A program made the translations under genes and the position numbers. The notes beneath the pieces were generated by a model. It saw nothing but the letters and a program-made list of their open reading frames with translations, made no database searches and was not told the origin of the DNA. Of a DNA stretch of 64,000 nucleotides, positions 11,970 through 22,490 are shown piece by piece; position 1 is the first letter of the stretch, and every line of letters begins with the position of its first letter. The DNA lies in the NCBI GenBank assembly GCA_963667035.1, contig OY762964.1, positions 160,001 to 224,000 on the forward strand, in the 5' to 3' direction. The stretch is from Candidatus Cloacimonadales bacterium (lineage in GTDB: Bacteria > Cloacimonadota > Cloacimonadia > Cloacimonadales > JAFGVF01).

Positions 11970-12689
11970 ATGAAAACAACCTTTCTTATAATAGCACTAT
12001 TATGTTCTGCAATTCTTCCTGCTTTGGAAACTGCTAGAGATACTTTAAGCTTTAAAAAGTATGAATATGGGATAGATTCCCTTGTTTTCCCTCTGGCATT
12101 GATAACCTATGGAGTTGTTGGTATCGAAAGTGATGAACTTAAACTATATAATAGTGAGATTAAAGAAGAAGTAAATGAGCATATTGATGAAAAACTTACT
12201 ATTGACGATTTCACTCAATACTTACCATTTACGGCTGTATATGCATTTAATGCTTTCGGAGTAAAAGGGAAGAACACTTTGCGTGATGAGACTCTAATCT
12301 TAGGAACAGCTTATGGATTAATGGCAGTGTCGGTTCTCAGTCTAAAAAAGATAACAGGAGTTGAGAGACCTGACGGTTCAACTAACAATTCATTTCCTTC
12401 CGGACATACTGCAACCGCTTTTATGGGTGCGGAGTTTCTCTATCAAGAGTATAAACATAAATCTATCTGGTATGGGGCAATAGGGTATGCTATTGCTTCA
12501 GGTACCGGAGCTTTCAGAATGTATAATGACAGACATTGGTTCACGGATGTTGTTGCGGGAGCAGGCTTTGGTATTCTCAGCACAAAACTATCTTATATGA
12601 TTTACGAAAGGATTGAAAAAAAGAAACTCCAAACTAAGGTTACGCCATATTACGAAGATAAGAAATTCGGATTTGTGATTGCTTTCTAA
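11970..12689 (+). CDS. PAP2 superfamily phosphatase
   Basis: K...ERPD, SFPSGHT, and R.....HWFTDVVAG motifs. Start set at ATG 11970; the ORF-track extension is IS-end sequence. Confidence 0.88.
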   Translation: MKTTFLIIALLCSAILPALETARDTLSFKKYEYGIDSLVFPLALITYGVVGIESDELKLYNSEIKEEVNEHIDEKLTIDDFTQYLPFTAVYAFNAFGVKGKNTLRDETLILGTAYGLMAVSVLSLKKITGVERPDGSTNNSFPSGHTATAFMGAEFLYQEYKHKSIWYGAIGYAIASGTGAFRMYNDRHWFTDVVAGAGFGILSTKLSYMIYERIEKKKLQTKVTPYYEDKKFGFVIAF

Positions 12690-12695
12690 ACTGAA

Positions 12696-13349
12696 TTATC
12701 CTAAGGTATATATCCCTAAGTAATTATCTTGATTAGTATCTACCAAGATAAACTCTTTCTTTAGGATAAATCCATTCTCTAGCATCAATTCTTTTAATTC
12801 TTTTGGAGTAGTAAAGTATCTGGTAGAAACTATTCTATCTTCGAATTTGACTTCCATGCATTTTGTCTCTTGATTGTAAGGGACATCACTGTTCTTTGGA
12901 GGATTACACATTGTGTTAATCCAAATTTCACCATTATTCTGTAGAATAGCAGATAGCTTCTTAATAACTTTAGTTCTGTCTTTACCAATTATACAGTGCA
13001 GAAAGAAACTGTCGATAATCAGTTCGTACTTTTCTTTTCCCTGACCTTCCGATACAATATTCTTGCAAATGAATTTTGCTTCAACATTCAAATCCTTTGC
13101 TCTCTTTTGAGCTGTTTCAATTGAGGAGGGAGCAATATCAATTCCAACATACTCTTTGCATAGCCGAGAGAAAGAAAACAGATAGGGTGATGTTCCGCAC
13201 CCCAATTCTAAAAGTTTATCGCATTTAGTGAAAGCAGTATTTTCTAAAAACCAACCCCAGTCATTCTGAAACTGATAATCTTCAGTTTGCCAATTTTACC
13301 CATTTTTATACTTTAATTCGTGGAGCTCATAATTAGTCTTTTCTACCAT
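12696..13349 (-). pseudogene. Class I SAM-dependent methyltransferase with in-frame TAA at codon 18
   Basis: RBS GAGG + ATG 13349 reads MVEKTNYELHELKYKNG*NWQTED...LLELGCGTS in one frame; stop at 13296-13298; motifs LELGCG and VGIDIAPS. Confidence 0.72.
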
Positions 13350-13505
13350 ATCAACCTCTATGTAATTATTAGGATTAAATGTTATGTTGTAAAGGGGAAT
13401 ATAGCCATTTATTCTATTTTTAATCTATAGTATTGTTTGCAAATAGATTTGACATTGCTATACTGATTTATTTGGTTTACTCAAGTGCAATGGAGGTTAG
13501 TAAGA

Positions 13506-14186
13506 ATGAATGTTAGTTTTAAAGAAATAGATAATCAGATGGAATTTCGACTTACTGATGTGGATGATAAATATATACCCGTTTTTGAAATGTGTTATTA
13601 TAGCAGAGATTCGGAAGGCTTCTTCAAGAGATTTTCTAAAGATATTGAGAATCTTGAGTTAATAATGTCTAATTTTAGCAACCAAGCTGAGAATATGTTT
13701 AATCAATTAGGCTATTTCACTCCCGTTCTATGGGAGGAAGCGTTAGAGGAATTCTGTGTAAGAATTCAAGGTTCAGATATCAGATGGTGGCTTACCGGTA
13801 GCTGTGCATGCTGTATTAGGGGAATAGAACTTAATCCTCATGATGTAGATATTATTATTGATTCTAGAGATAAACAGAAAGTGATAGATTTATTTTTGAA
13901 TTGGATAATCGAGCCTATTGTAGATGCATCCGGTTGGGTTACTAAGGATTTTGGAGTTTTGTTCAAACATGCCCGTATAGATATTGCCTCAGATCCGAAT
14001 CCTGTTTTAGATAGCCCTGAACCGGTAGATTGTGGACCCTATGCACAGGCCCATTTGGAAACGGTTGATTGGAGAGGATACAAGATTAAAGTTCCTCCGC
14101 TTCATTTGCAGGAATATGTGAACAGAAAAAGAGGTAGAATAGATAGAGCTGATATGATAAGAGATACAATAAACGGCAAGAAGTAG
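13506..14186 (+). CDS. Nucleotidyltransferase-superfamily protein
   Basis: WWLTGSCACCIRG...PHDVDIIID is a GS/DxD NTase motif; GGAGG RBS before ATG 13506. Confidence 0.65.
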   Translation: MNVSFKEIDNQMEFRLTDVDDKYIPVFEMCYYSRDSEGFFKRFSKDIENLELIMSNFSNQAENMFNQLGYFTPVLWEEALEEFCVRIQGSDIRWWLTGSCACCIRGIELNPHDVDIIIDSRDKQKVIDLFLNWIIEPIVDASGWVTKDFGVLFKHARIDIASDPNPVLDSPEPVDCGPYAQAHLETVDWRGYKIKVPPLHLQEYVNRKRGRIDRADMIRDTINGKK

Positions 14187-14199
14187 AAACTTCTTGCCG
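14174..14199. terminator. Hairpin between convergent genes (possible bidirectional terminator)
   Basis: cggcaagaagt-agaa-acttcttgccg. Confidence 0.6.
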
Positions 14200-14214
14200 C
14201 TATTATAATGAAAC

Positions 14215-15645
14215 TTAGTTAATAGATGTTATCTTAAGAGTCCAGACATAGTCACATGGCGGATTGCTCCTTAACTCTTCAGGAATCTCTATTACGCAAC
14301 CTTTTCTACCTTTCTTTGTCCAACTGAGTGATTTATCATAGCCCAAGAGAAAAACTTCAGCTTCTTTATTAGGTCGATGCGATTCAATCTCAATCTTATC
14401 GGGTATAGTTTTCTCATTCTCATTGCAAACATAGAAGAAATAAGTGTTACCATCTTTGAGTTGAGTTAGGCAAATATTATTCTCTTTGTATGGTTTAAGC
14501 GGTTTACTGTAATATATGCCTTCGCTATTAATATTCATCCATTCTGCAACGCCTTCTAGTCTTTTGTAAGCATCAGGGGCCCAGTCGCCATCTGGAGTCG
14601 GTCCGATATTAAGGAGTAGATTACCTCCTTTTGCAACAACATTAACTAATAACTGAACTAATTCTTCAACAGATTTATACTTATGTTCTTTGTTATAAGA
14701 CCAACCCGGAGCCATTGGAACACATGCTTCCCAAGGTACAAGTAATGCCTCCTCTGGAACTTTGTTTTCAGGAGTGAGATAGTTTTCATATTCTCCTTCA
14801 ACCCATCTATCCACAATTATCAAGTCTTTCTGATGAGATCTAACCATTTTTGCTATAGATTCCATATCAATATCTTGATTATAATCTTTTGTTATTGCCC
14901 AATCTTTGAATTCTTCTGGTGTGTTATCTCTTGGTCTTATCCAAGCACCGTCAAGCCAAAGAATATCAATCTTTCCGTATTCAGTCATTAATTCTTCGAG
15001 CTGAGTGTTGGTGAATTTCTTGTAGCTTTCCCATTTCTCAGGATATTTAGAAGGATTGTAGTTTACATGTCTCGGACCTTTAGGATAGAATGACCACCAA
15101 TAATCTTCACAATGCCAATCCGGTTTGGAGAAGTATGCTCCAATCCAAAAGTTATCATTTCTGAAAGTATCGAAGATTTCTTTCGTAATATTGGCTTTTG
15201 GTTGTTTGGAGAAAGGTGTTTTTGGTGAAGTAATCTTGTAGTCGGTTGTTTTAGTATCGAACATACAGAAACCATCATGATGTTTAGTTGTGAAAACAAC
15301 ATACTTCATTCCTGCTCTCTTCGCTGAATCTGCCCATTTATGAGGATCAAAGAAGACCGGGTTGAAAGTTCTTTGAAGGTTCTCATAATCTTCAACATAA
15401 TCCGGATAACTCTCAAATCTGGCTAAATCACGACCAATCCAATCTTCAGAGCAGAGAGTCCATGATTCCATAACTCCCCACTGGGAATATGGTCCCCAAT
15501 GCATCATCAATCCGAACTTTAAGTCTTGAAAATCAGCAATCTTTGCTTTAACTCCCGGCTCATCCGGTTCATGGTACTCTTTGTTGTAAGCAGATAACAG
15601 AATTGAAATTGATAAAATAAGAAGAATTAGAAAACCTTTTCTCAT
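14215..15645 (-). CDS. Alpha-L-fucosidase (GH29)
   Basis: KFGLMMHWG, AGMKYVVFTTKHHDGF, ILWLDG, KGGNLLLNIGP; signal peptide. Confidence 0.93.
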   Translation of the reverse strand: MRKGFLILLILSISILLSAYNKEYHEPDEPGVKAKIADFQDLKFGLMMHWGPYSQWGVMESWTLCSEDWIGRDLARFESYPDYVEDYENLQRTFNPVFFDPHKWADSAKRAGMKYVVFTTKHHDGFCMFDTKTTDYKITSPKTPFSKQPKANITKEIFDTFRNDNFWIGAYFSKPDWHCEDYWWSFYPKGPRHVNYNPSKYPEKWESYKKFTNTQLEELMTEYGKIDILWLDGAWIRPRDNTPEEFKDWAITKDYNQDIDMESIAKMVRSHQKDLIIVDRWVEGEYENYLTPENKVPEEALLVPWEACVPMAPGWSYNKEHKYKSVEELVQLLVNVVAKGGNLLLNIGPTPDGDWAPDAYKRLEGVAEWMNINSEGIYYSKPLKPYKENNICLTQLKDGNTYFFYVCNENEKTIPDKIEIESHRPNKEAEVFLLGYDKSLSWTKKGRKGCVIEIPEELRSNPPCDYVWTLKITSIN

Positions 15646-15893
15646 TGCGTCCTCTTTTTGAATGTATTTTTATTTCACACTAAAAATGGTGTTTTAAGAT
15701 TTGTCTGTCAATTACTAATTTGTCTTAATGAGTAATCATTTTTTGGTCAGTATTGATTTGTAGGAAGGAATAGTTACATTTTGATTGTCCATAACTAAGG
15801 ATCAAGCAAGGTGATATGATATATCCTTAAAATTATCTTGACTCAGATTTTGTGGAAATGATATTAAATAATTCTAAAATATTAAGGAGTTAT

Positions 15894-17021
15894 ATGAGAA
15901 AGATATTTTGGTTGGCGGGAGAGCCGTCTGGTGATCTTCATGCTTCCTTTGTAATGCAAAAACTCAATGAACACGATAATGAGCTTGAACATTATGGAGT
16001 AGGCGGATATCGTATGGCTCATCAAGGTTTGAAGCAACTTTATCCATTTAAACAGTTTAATGTAATGGGTTTCATAGAGGTAGTAAAACATCTTAATTTC
16101 TTTAACAATGTAGAGAACGGTATAGCAAAATGGCTTGAAAAGAATAAACCCGATCTGGTAGTGCTTGTTGATTATCCCGGTTTGAACTTACGAATAGCTA
16201 AGATTGCTCATGAACTTAGAATTAAGGTGTTTTATTATATTTCTCCAACAGTATGGGCTTGGAAACATAATCGAGTAAAAAAGCTTAAGAAGTATTGCGA
16301 ATTCGTGGCTTGCATCCTTCCTTTCGAAGAGGATTATCTGGTGAGCAGGGGTGTACATGCCAAATATGTCGGTAATCCGGTTGCAGAAGAGATAACTGTA
16401 ACTTTGAGCAAAGAAGAATTTGCCGAGAAGTATGGTCTTGATGTTAATAAGAAATGGATTGGTTTCATGCCCGGTAGTAGAGATATGGAAATTAAAAGAC
16501 TACTTCCTGAGTATTTGCATGCTGTTGAGGTCTTTAATGACGATACTATGGAATATCTGTTTTCCTTGTCATCCTCGGTTGATAGAAAGCTCTTCATGAG
16601 ATTATTTGATGAGAAAAAAACAGCTAACTGTCATTTGATTTTTAACGACAATTATAATCTAATGAAGCATAGCTATGTAGCATGTGTTACTTCTGGCACT
16701 GCTACTCTTGAAGCTGCTTTAATAGGGAATCCCTTCATTATTGTCTATAAAACTTCTCAGACATCCTACTCTGTTGGCAGGAGAGTCATAAAGCTTGAAT
16801 ATATTGGCTTGCCTAACTTGATTATGGGTGTTGGTGTCGTACCTGAACTGATTCAAAACAATGCAAAAGGTTTCTCTATATACAGGACTTTACAAGACTA
16901 CATTAACTCTCCTGACTTCTATGTAAAAAAGAAGAAACAGCTTGAAGACTTACATAAAGAAGTAGGAGACAAATCTGCTTCCAAAGAAACAGCCAATCAT
17001 ATTAGAGAGATACTTTATTGA
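15894..17021 (+). CDS. lpxB: Lipid-A-disaccharide synthase
   Basis: AGEPSGDLH, VDYPGLN, YISPTVWAW, PGSR..EI, SGTATLE; AGGAG RBS before ATG 15894. Confidence 0.95.
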   Translation: MRKIFWLAGEPSGDLHASFVMQKLNEHDNELEHYGVGGYRMAHQGLKQLYPFKQFNVMGFIEVVKHLNFFNNVENGIAKWLEKNKPDLVVLVDYPGLNLRIAKIAHELRIKVFYYISPTVWAWKHNRVKKLKKYCEFVACILPFEEDYLVSRGVHAKYVGNPVAEEITVTLSKEEFAEKYGLDVNKKWIGFMPGSRDMEIKRLLPEYLHAVEVFNDDTMEYLFSLSSSVDRKLFMRLFDEKKTANCHLIFNDNYNLMKHSYVACVTSGTATLEAALIGNPFIIVYKTSQTSYSVGRRVIKLEYIGLPNLIMGVGVVPELIQNNAKGFSIYRTLQDYINSPDFYVKKKKQLEDLHKEVGDKSASKETANHIREILY

Positions 17022-17623
17022 ACATAACTTTGTTTCTTGAGAAATATCTAGCAGCCGGTTTGCTTAAGCTGTTAGATTTTACATGGAGAAAAGAGATAAT
17101 CAATGATACTTTTTCCGGTCCTTGTATTTATATGTTCTGGCACCGTAATCAGATACCATTAGCAGCTGTTAATGCCAAGAAGAAAGCAGGAGTTCTAATT
17201 TCTTCATCAAAAGACGGTGAACTAATTGCCGGCCCGGTTTCAGTACTCGGATATAAACCGATTAGGGGATCGTCAACAAGAGGTGGAAGTGCAGCTTTAA
17301 AAAAGATGCTTGATTATCTGAAAACAGGTCCTGTTGCAATCACACCTGATGGTCCTAAAGGACCTTTAAATAAAATTAAAAAAGGCTCTATCTTGTTAGC
17401 TCTTAAGAGTGGCTGTCCTGTTGTTCCGATAGCGGTCGATGTAAAGGGGGAATGGTTATTCAATTCATGGGATAAGTTCAGATTCCCAAAGCCATTTGCA
17501 AAAATAAGAGTCCATTTTGGTGTTCCTTATTATTGTGAGAAGGAGAAATCGATAGAGTTGATTGCTGATGAGCTGGAGACAATTCTCGGTAAAATGAGTG
17601 AGAATGTTCGTTTTAAAGAGTGA
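17018..17623 (+). CDS. DUF374 / lysophospholipid acyltransferase-like protein
   Basis: FWH, ISSSKDGE, IRGSSTRGG, ITPDGPKGP, SWDKFRFPKPF. Confidence 0.85.
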   Translation: MNITLFLEKYLAAGLLKLLDFTWRKEIINDTFSGPCIYMFWHRNQIPLAAVNAKKKAGVLISSSKDGELIAGPVSVLGYKPIRGSSTRGGSAALKKMLDYLKTGPVAITPDGPKGPLNKIKKGSILLALKSGCPVVPIAVDVKGEWLFNSWDKFRFPKPFAKIRVHFGVPYYCEKEKSIELIADELETILGKMSENVRFKE

Positions 17624-17702
17624 TATGAACATTTAGGATTATTTAGGAACTCAATTTGCATATAATGAATTATAATGGAATATTAACTAAGGAGATATAT
17701 AA

Positions 17703-20006
17703 ATGAAGAACACGATTCTTTCAGTTTTGTTCATTCTTATAACGGGATTAATACTTGCACAACCTGCATCATTAGACCCAAACTATTATACTAATGAAGA
17801 GATTGTTACAGCTCTTCAAAATTACGAGAGCAACTATCCTGATATTGTTAAAGTAGAAATAATTGGTTATTCTCAACAAATTCATATGCCTATTTATGCA
17901 GTAAAAATATCTGATAATGTTGATGTTGATGAAGATGAACCTGAGATATTACTTTGTGGTGAGATTCATGCCGAAGAGGTTTTAGGTGTTTCCGGTGTTA
18001 TGGCATTGATTGATGAGATTCTCGGACATCAGCAGAATTACGGTCAGATGATAGCTCAGGAGGAACTTTGGATTATTCCTACTCTCAATCCTGAAGGAAT
18101 GGAACTTGTAATGGACGGAAGTGATACTTCCTGGAGAAAGAATCAAAGAGATGTAAACAACAATGGCGTTCTTGATTTGAATCCTGCTGTGGGTTATGAC
18201 CTTGACGGTGTTGACTTAAACAGAAACTTTCCGTTTAACTGGGCACATGGCGATACTTTGTATGCAGAAGGTGGTTATGAAGTTTACGATTACTATAGAG
18301 GAGAGAGTCCTTTATCAGAGTCTGAGACACAAGCACTTGACCAATTTCTAAAAGACCATAATATTTTGTATGCTATTCAATGGCATACTTCAAGATCTGG
18401 AAACTTTTCTGAGAAATGTTACTACTCTTATAACTGGTACGAATATAGACCTTCTCCTGATGTTGATGTTGCTCAATCTATCTGTAACGGGGTTGCTGAC
18501 CAAATTATGAAAGTTGATGGCACAGGTCCTTATGAGAGATATGCTTCTGCCGGTAGAACAGGCTCTCAACATGACTATCTGTATTCTGAATACCAAATCT
18601 ATCAATTACTTATTGAATGTGGTACTCTTAATCATCAGCCTTTTGAACCTACCCTCTCAAACATTACATCCGAATTGGTAGATGGAATGATATGGCTTTT
18701 AAAGAGAGCTCTTATCTTTAATAATGATGTAGCGACAAACTCATGCTTTACAGGTATTATTACCGATGCATCTAATAATGAACCTTTAGAAGATGCCGGA
18801 GTATATATTGTTGAGAGGGAGAAACCATATCTTAAACCAAGAACTACAGATAACTACGGAAGATTCTGGAGAGCTTTGTTAGCCGGTAATTATACATATA
18901 GAATCGAAAAAGAAGGATATAGACCTGTTACCGGAACTGTTGCGGTTAATCCAAACACTTGGACAACCGTGAATGTTGCTATGGAACCGGCAACTCCTAT
19001 CACTATAAGAGCCAACGTAAGTTATGATGGTAATCCATTAAATGCTACAATGCAAGTAATAAGCCCTGTAGAAGAGATGATCACTTCTGAGGGCGGTCAT
19101 ATTGTTTATCATAATTATGAAGGACACTATAAGTTAAGATTCCTTTATGAAGGTTATTATCCATGCGAGGTCGAATTAGATCTTACTGCTGATGAAAATC
19201 TCAACGTAGTATTGGAACCAACTACTGTTTACTTCACAGAAGATTGGGAAAATGGTCTTGATAACTGGATGGCAGGATCGGCATGGGTTCTTATGGATGA
19301 TGTCTCTGCTGCCTATGACGGAACATCAATAACTACCGGTTGGGATGGCGGATACAACTTCTATCCCACTAATCAAGCTATAAAACTTACTACTGTTAAT
19401 CCCATTCAATTACCTGCAGAATCAAACATTACTCTTGAATTCTTACAGAAAGTGTTTACAGAATGGGATTTTGACCCTGTGACTGTAGAGATATCTACTA
19501 ATAATGTTGATTTCACAGTGGTTGATGAACAATCCGGTAAGTTTAACTATTGGCATAACAGATATGTCGATTTATCAGATTATGCAGGTCAATCTGTTTA
19601 CTTGAATTTTACATTAACTGACGTTTCCGAAGACGATAGACTTGTAGATGAAGGTTGGACTCTTGATGATATAAGAATATATAGTGGAAGTAGCAGTTAT
19701 GTTGAGACTGATGAAGAAATACAACCGATTATTACAGTTAGCAAACTTCATCAGAATTATCCTAATCCGTTCAATCCTATTACTACTATAAGTTTTGACC
19801 TTTTACAAAAGGAAGCTAAGAGTGCTTCAATAGAAATATATAATGTGCTTGGTCAGAGAATTGAAAAATTCCCTCTTACCCGAGAGCAAATTAACAACGG
19901 TTCTATGGTTTGGAATGCCAAGAACTCTGCGAGTGGTGTTTATTTCTATAGACTGATTGCCGACGGTAAGACAATTGATGCTAAGAAAGCAATCTTAATG
20001 AAGTAG
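17703..20006 (+). CDS. M14 zinc carboxypeptidase with T9SS type-A/FlgD-like C-terminal domain
   Basis: IHAEE zinc motif, PTLNPEG, WRKNQR, GVDLNRNF; QNYPNPFNP tail. Confidence 0.9.
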   Translation: MKNTILSVLFILITGLILAQPASLDPNYYTNEEIVTALQNYESNYPDIVKVEIIGYSQQIHMPIYAVKISDNVDVDEDEPEILLCGEIHAEEVLGVSGVMALIDEILGHQQNYGQMIAQEELWIIPTLNPEGMELVMDGSDTSWRKNQRDVNNNGVLDLNPAVGYDLDGVDLNRNFPFNWAHGDTLYAEGGYEVYDYYRGESPLSESETQALDQFLKDHNILYAIQWHTSRSGNFSEKCYYSYNWYEYRPSPDVDVAQSICNGVADQIMKVDGTGPYERYASAGRTGSQHDYLYSEYQIYQLLIECGTLNHQPFEPTLSNITSELVDGMIWLLKRALIFNNDVATNSCFTGIITDASNNEPLEDAGVYIVEREKPYLKPRTTDNYGRFWRALLAGNYTYRIEKEGYRPVTGTVAVNPNTWTTVNVAMEPATPITIRANVSYDGNPLNATMQVISPVEEMITSEGGHIVYHNYEGHYKLRFLYEGYYPCEVELDLTADENLNVVLEPTTVYFTEDWENGLDNWMAGSAWVLMDDVSAAYDGTSITTGWDGGYNFYPTNQAIKLTTVNPIQLPAESNITLEFLQKVFTEWDFDPVTVEISTNNVDFTVVDEQSGKFNYWHNRYVDLSDYAGQSVYLNFTLTDVSEDDRLVDEGWTLDDIRIYSGSSSYVETDEEIQPIITVSKLHQNYPNPFNPITTISFDLLQKEAKSASIEIYNVLGQRIEKFPLTREQINNGSMVWNAKNSASGVYFYRLIADGKTIDAKKAILMK

Positions 20007-20023
20007 AACTTGATATAATTTAT

Positions 20024-20054
20024 AAGAGGTCATTAACATCAATGACCTCTTTTT
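20024..20054 (+). terminator. Rho-independent terminator
   Basis: aagaggtcatt-aacatc-aatgacctctt followed by Ts. Confidence 0.75.
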
Positions 20055-20189
20055 ATATCTAGAACAGTCTTTTTATTTAATCCGACAACTAATAATTGTT
20101 AGATTTAGTGCTTGACAATTAAAAGACTTAATTGTTATAAAAGGAGTATTGCAAACGAAACCCTAACCAATCCATCTTTTGGAGGGAGT

Positions 20190-22067
20190 ATGCCTAATAA
20201 TAGATTTACTCTAAGATTTGATAAGAATCTCGAACGTGACTTTCTGACAGACTATTTTAAACAATCTCTGGTTCAGATAAGGGTTTCACACTTTATCTTG
20301 CTGATACTATACATGTCTTTTAACATCATAGATTATTATGCAGTTCCTACTTATTACAGCTATTTCTCAATTATTCGATATATTATTGTGCTTCCTGTAT
20401 TTCTTAGTATCATAGTCTTATCTTATACTAAGTACTTCCAAAAATACTGGCAGATAGCTCTTTTAGTTTCTTATATAGTTGCAGGAGGTGGAATCATTCT
20501 CATGCTGAGAAAAGTTCCATACAATCATTACTATTTATTGGGGATGATGCTTGTATTTACTGCAGGTTTTGCACTGATTAGATTAAGGTTTATATGTGCT
20601 ACAATAGCAGGATGGTCCCTACTTATTCTATATAATCTATGCATTCACTTTTCAATCAAAATGGCTTTTGTGGATGCAACTATGATTAATTTTTTCTTTG
20701 CAAGTTCAATTCTCATCGGTATGATAACAAACTATTATCAAGAAGCAATAATCAGGCGTAATTATTTTCTCAGAAGAGATATGCAGGATAGGGAAGATGT
20801 GGTTCTAAGTGTAAATGATGCTTTGTCAATGAGGATGGATCAAAAGAAGGTAGAGCTTCAAATAAGAAATGAGGAACTACTAAAAGAAATAGAGCATAGG
20901 AATGAGATTGAGAAAGAGTTAATTATCGCTAAAGAGAATGCAGAAAGTGCGAACAAGCTAAAATCAACTTTCATTGCTAATATGAGTCATGAGATTAGGA
21001 CACCTATCAATGCAATTCTTGGACTTAGTGAGATATTAAGTAATGAAAGCGAAAATGAAGAACATAAGAAGTTTATACTATCAATATCAAAAGCAGGAAA
21101 TGTTTTGTTGGACTTGATTAATGATATTCTTGATTTCTCACACTTAGAGTCCAATGAAATCAAAGTATCCCATTCACCGGTAAATCTTAAAGAGCTCATG
21201 GATGAGATGAATACTATCTTCTGGCAGAAGATAAACTCAAAAGGGCTTACTTTTAATATTACCTATCCGGAAGATATTAAGCCGATGCTACTGGATAAAT
21301 CTCAGATAAGGCAGGTATTGATTAACTTGATTGGCAATGCTATTAAGTTTACAGATTCCGGCTCAATATCTATGAACTTACAATATAAGCTGGTATGTAA
21401 ATCAGCATGTAACATAACATTCTCCATATCAGATACAGGTATTGGAATACCTGACGAAGATTTGGAAAGCATATTCACTCCCTTTGTTCAAAGCAGTAAC
21501 AACAAATATGTATCGGAAATGGGAACCGGACTTGGTCTGGCGATTTCAAAAAGAATTGTTGAAAATAGAGGTGGAACAATATCAGTTGTAAGTAAAATTG
21601 ATGAAGGGACAACTTTCACAATTGAGTTACCGGATGTTCAGTTTGCTCAATCCGAAAAAAAGAGCGGACAGATGCCCGTTGCTGATTTAGATGAATGGGA
21701 TTTTGAAGGGAAAAGAGCTCTTATTGTTGATGACATATTGATAAATAGAAAAGTATTGCGTAAACAACTGGAAAGAATGAATCTACATGTTACTGATGCT
21801 GATTCTGCCTTTAGTGCAATGGAAGTTCTAGAAGGAAATGAATTTGATGTATTCTGTTTTGACTTAAGGATGCCTAAAATGAATGGAGCGGAACTAGCTG
21901 AAAAAGTTAAAGAAAATAGTAGATTTAGTAATATTCCCATAATCTGTATAACAGCCTCAATAAATCCCGAAGAAAACTACTGTCTGGAATACTTTAGTGC
22001 CATTTTGTTTAAGCCTTGTAAACATAACCAAATTGCTAAGACAATCGAGAAAGTATTTGAAAAATAG
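20190..22067 (+). CDS. Membrane-bound hybrid histidine kinase/response regulator
   Basis: Multi-TM N-terminus, FIANMSHEIRTP, GTGLGLAI, FDLRMP receiver; GGAGGGAG RBS before ATG 20190. Confidence 0.9.
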   Translation: MPNNRFTLRFDKNLERDFLTDYFKQSLVQIRVSHFILLILYMSFNIIDYYAVPTYYSYFSIIRYIIVLPVFLSIIVLSYTKYFQKYWQIALLVSYIVAGGGIILMLRKVPYNHYYLLGMMLVFTAGFALIRLRFICATIAGWSLLILYNLCIHFSIKMAFVDATMINFFFASSILIGMITNYYQEAIIRRNYFLRRDMQDREDVVLSVNDALSMRMDQKKVELQIRNEELLKEIEHRNEIEKELIIAKENAESANKLKSTFIANMSHEIRTPINAILGLSEILSNESENEEHKKFILSISKAGNVLLDLINDILDFSHLESNEIKVSHSPVNLKELMDEMNTIFWQKINSKGLTFNITYPEDIKPMLLDKSQIRQVLINLIGNAIKFTDSGSISMNLQYKLVCKSACNITFSISDTGIGIPDEDLESIFTPFVQSSNNKYVSEMGTGLGLAISKRIVENRGGTISVVSKIDEGTTFTIELPDVQFAQSEKKSGQMPVADLDEWDFEGKRALIVDDILINRKVLRKQLERMNLHVTDADSAFSAMEVLEGNEFDVFCFDLRMPKMNGAELAEKVKENSRFSNIPIICITASINPEENYCLEYFSAILFKPCKHNQIAKTIEKVFEK

Positions 22068-22071
22068 ACTT

Positions 22072-22485
22072 ATGAAATATAAAAAGTATGTTACAGCAAA
22101 CAAAACAAGTACAGATCAAAGGAACTCATTAATAAACTTTATCTTGTATTACTTACTATTTTACTGCATCTTTACTATGATGAGATGGATAGGTCTTCTA
22201 AGCTTTCTACCTGATAATCTGTTCGAAACATCAAAATTCATGAGAGGTGATTTCAGCTTTATAGCTTTGCCGATTGAACTTGGGTATTGCTGGTCATTAT
22301 TTGTGATTATTCAACGGAGAAAAATAGGTTTTTGGATACTCTTACTTTTCACGGTTCTGGATTTAATCGTAAAGGGGCTTATATCAAATCTGTTCCCATT
22401 ATATGTAGCTCTTACTCCTTTGGTAATAGTGTTAATTCTTTTTGTTTTACTACGATTAACCGGAGATTGGAGCTATCTTGAGTAG
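22072..22485 (+). CDS. Hypothetical membrane protein
   Basis: About four hydrophobic segments; ATG 22072 just after the kinase stop. Confidence 0.6.
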   Translation: MKYKKYVTANKTSTDQRNSLINFILYYLLFYCIFTMMRWIGLLSFLPDNLFETSKFMRGDFSFIALPIELGYCWSLFVIIQRRKIGFWILLLFTVLDLIVKGLISNLFPLYVALTPLVIVLILFVLLRLTGDWSYLE

Positions 22486-22490
22486 AGATA

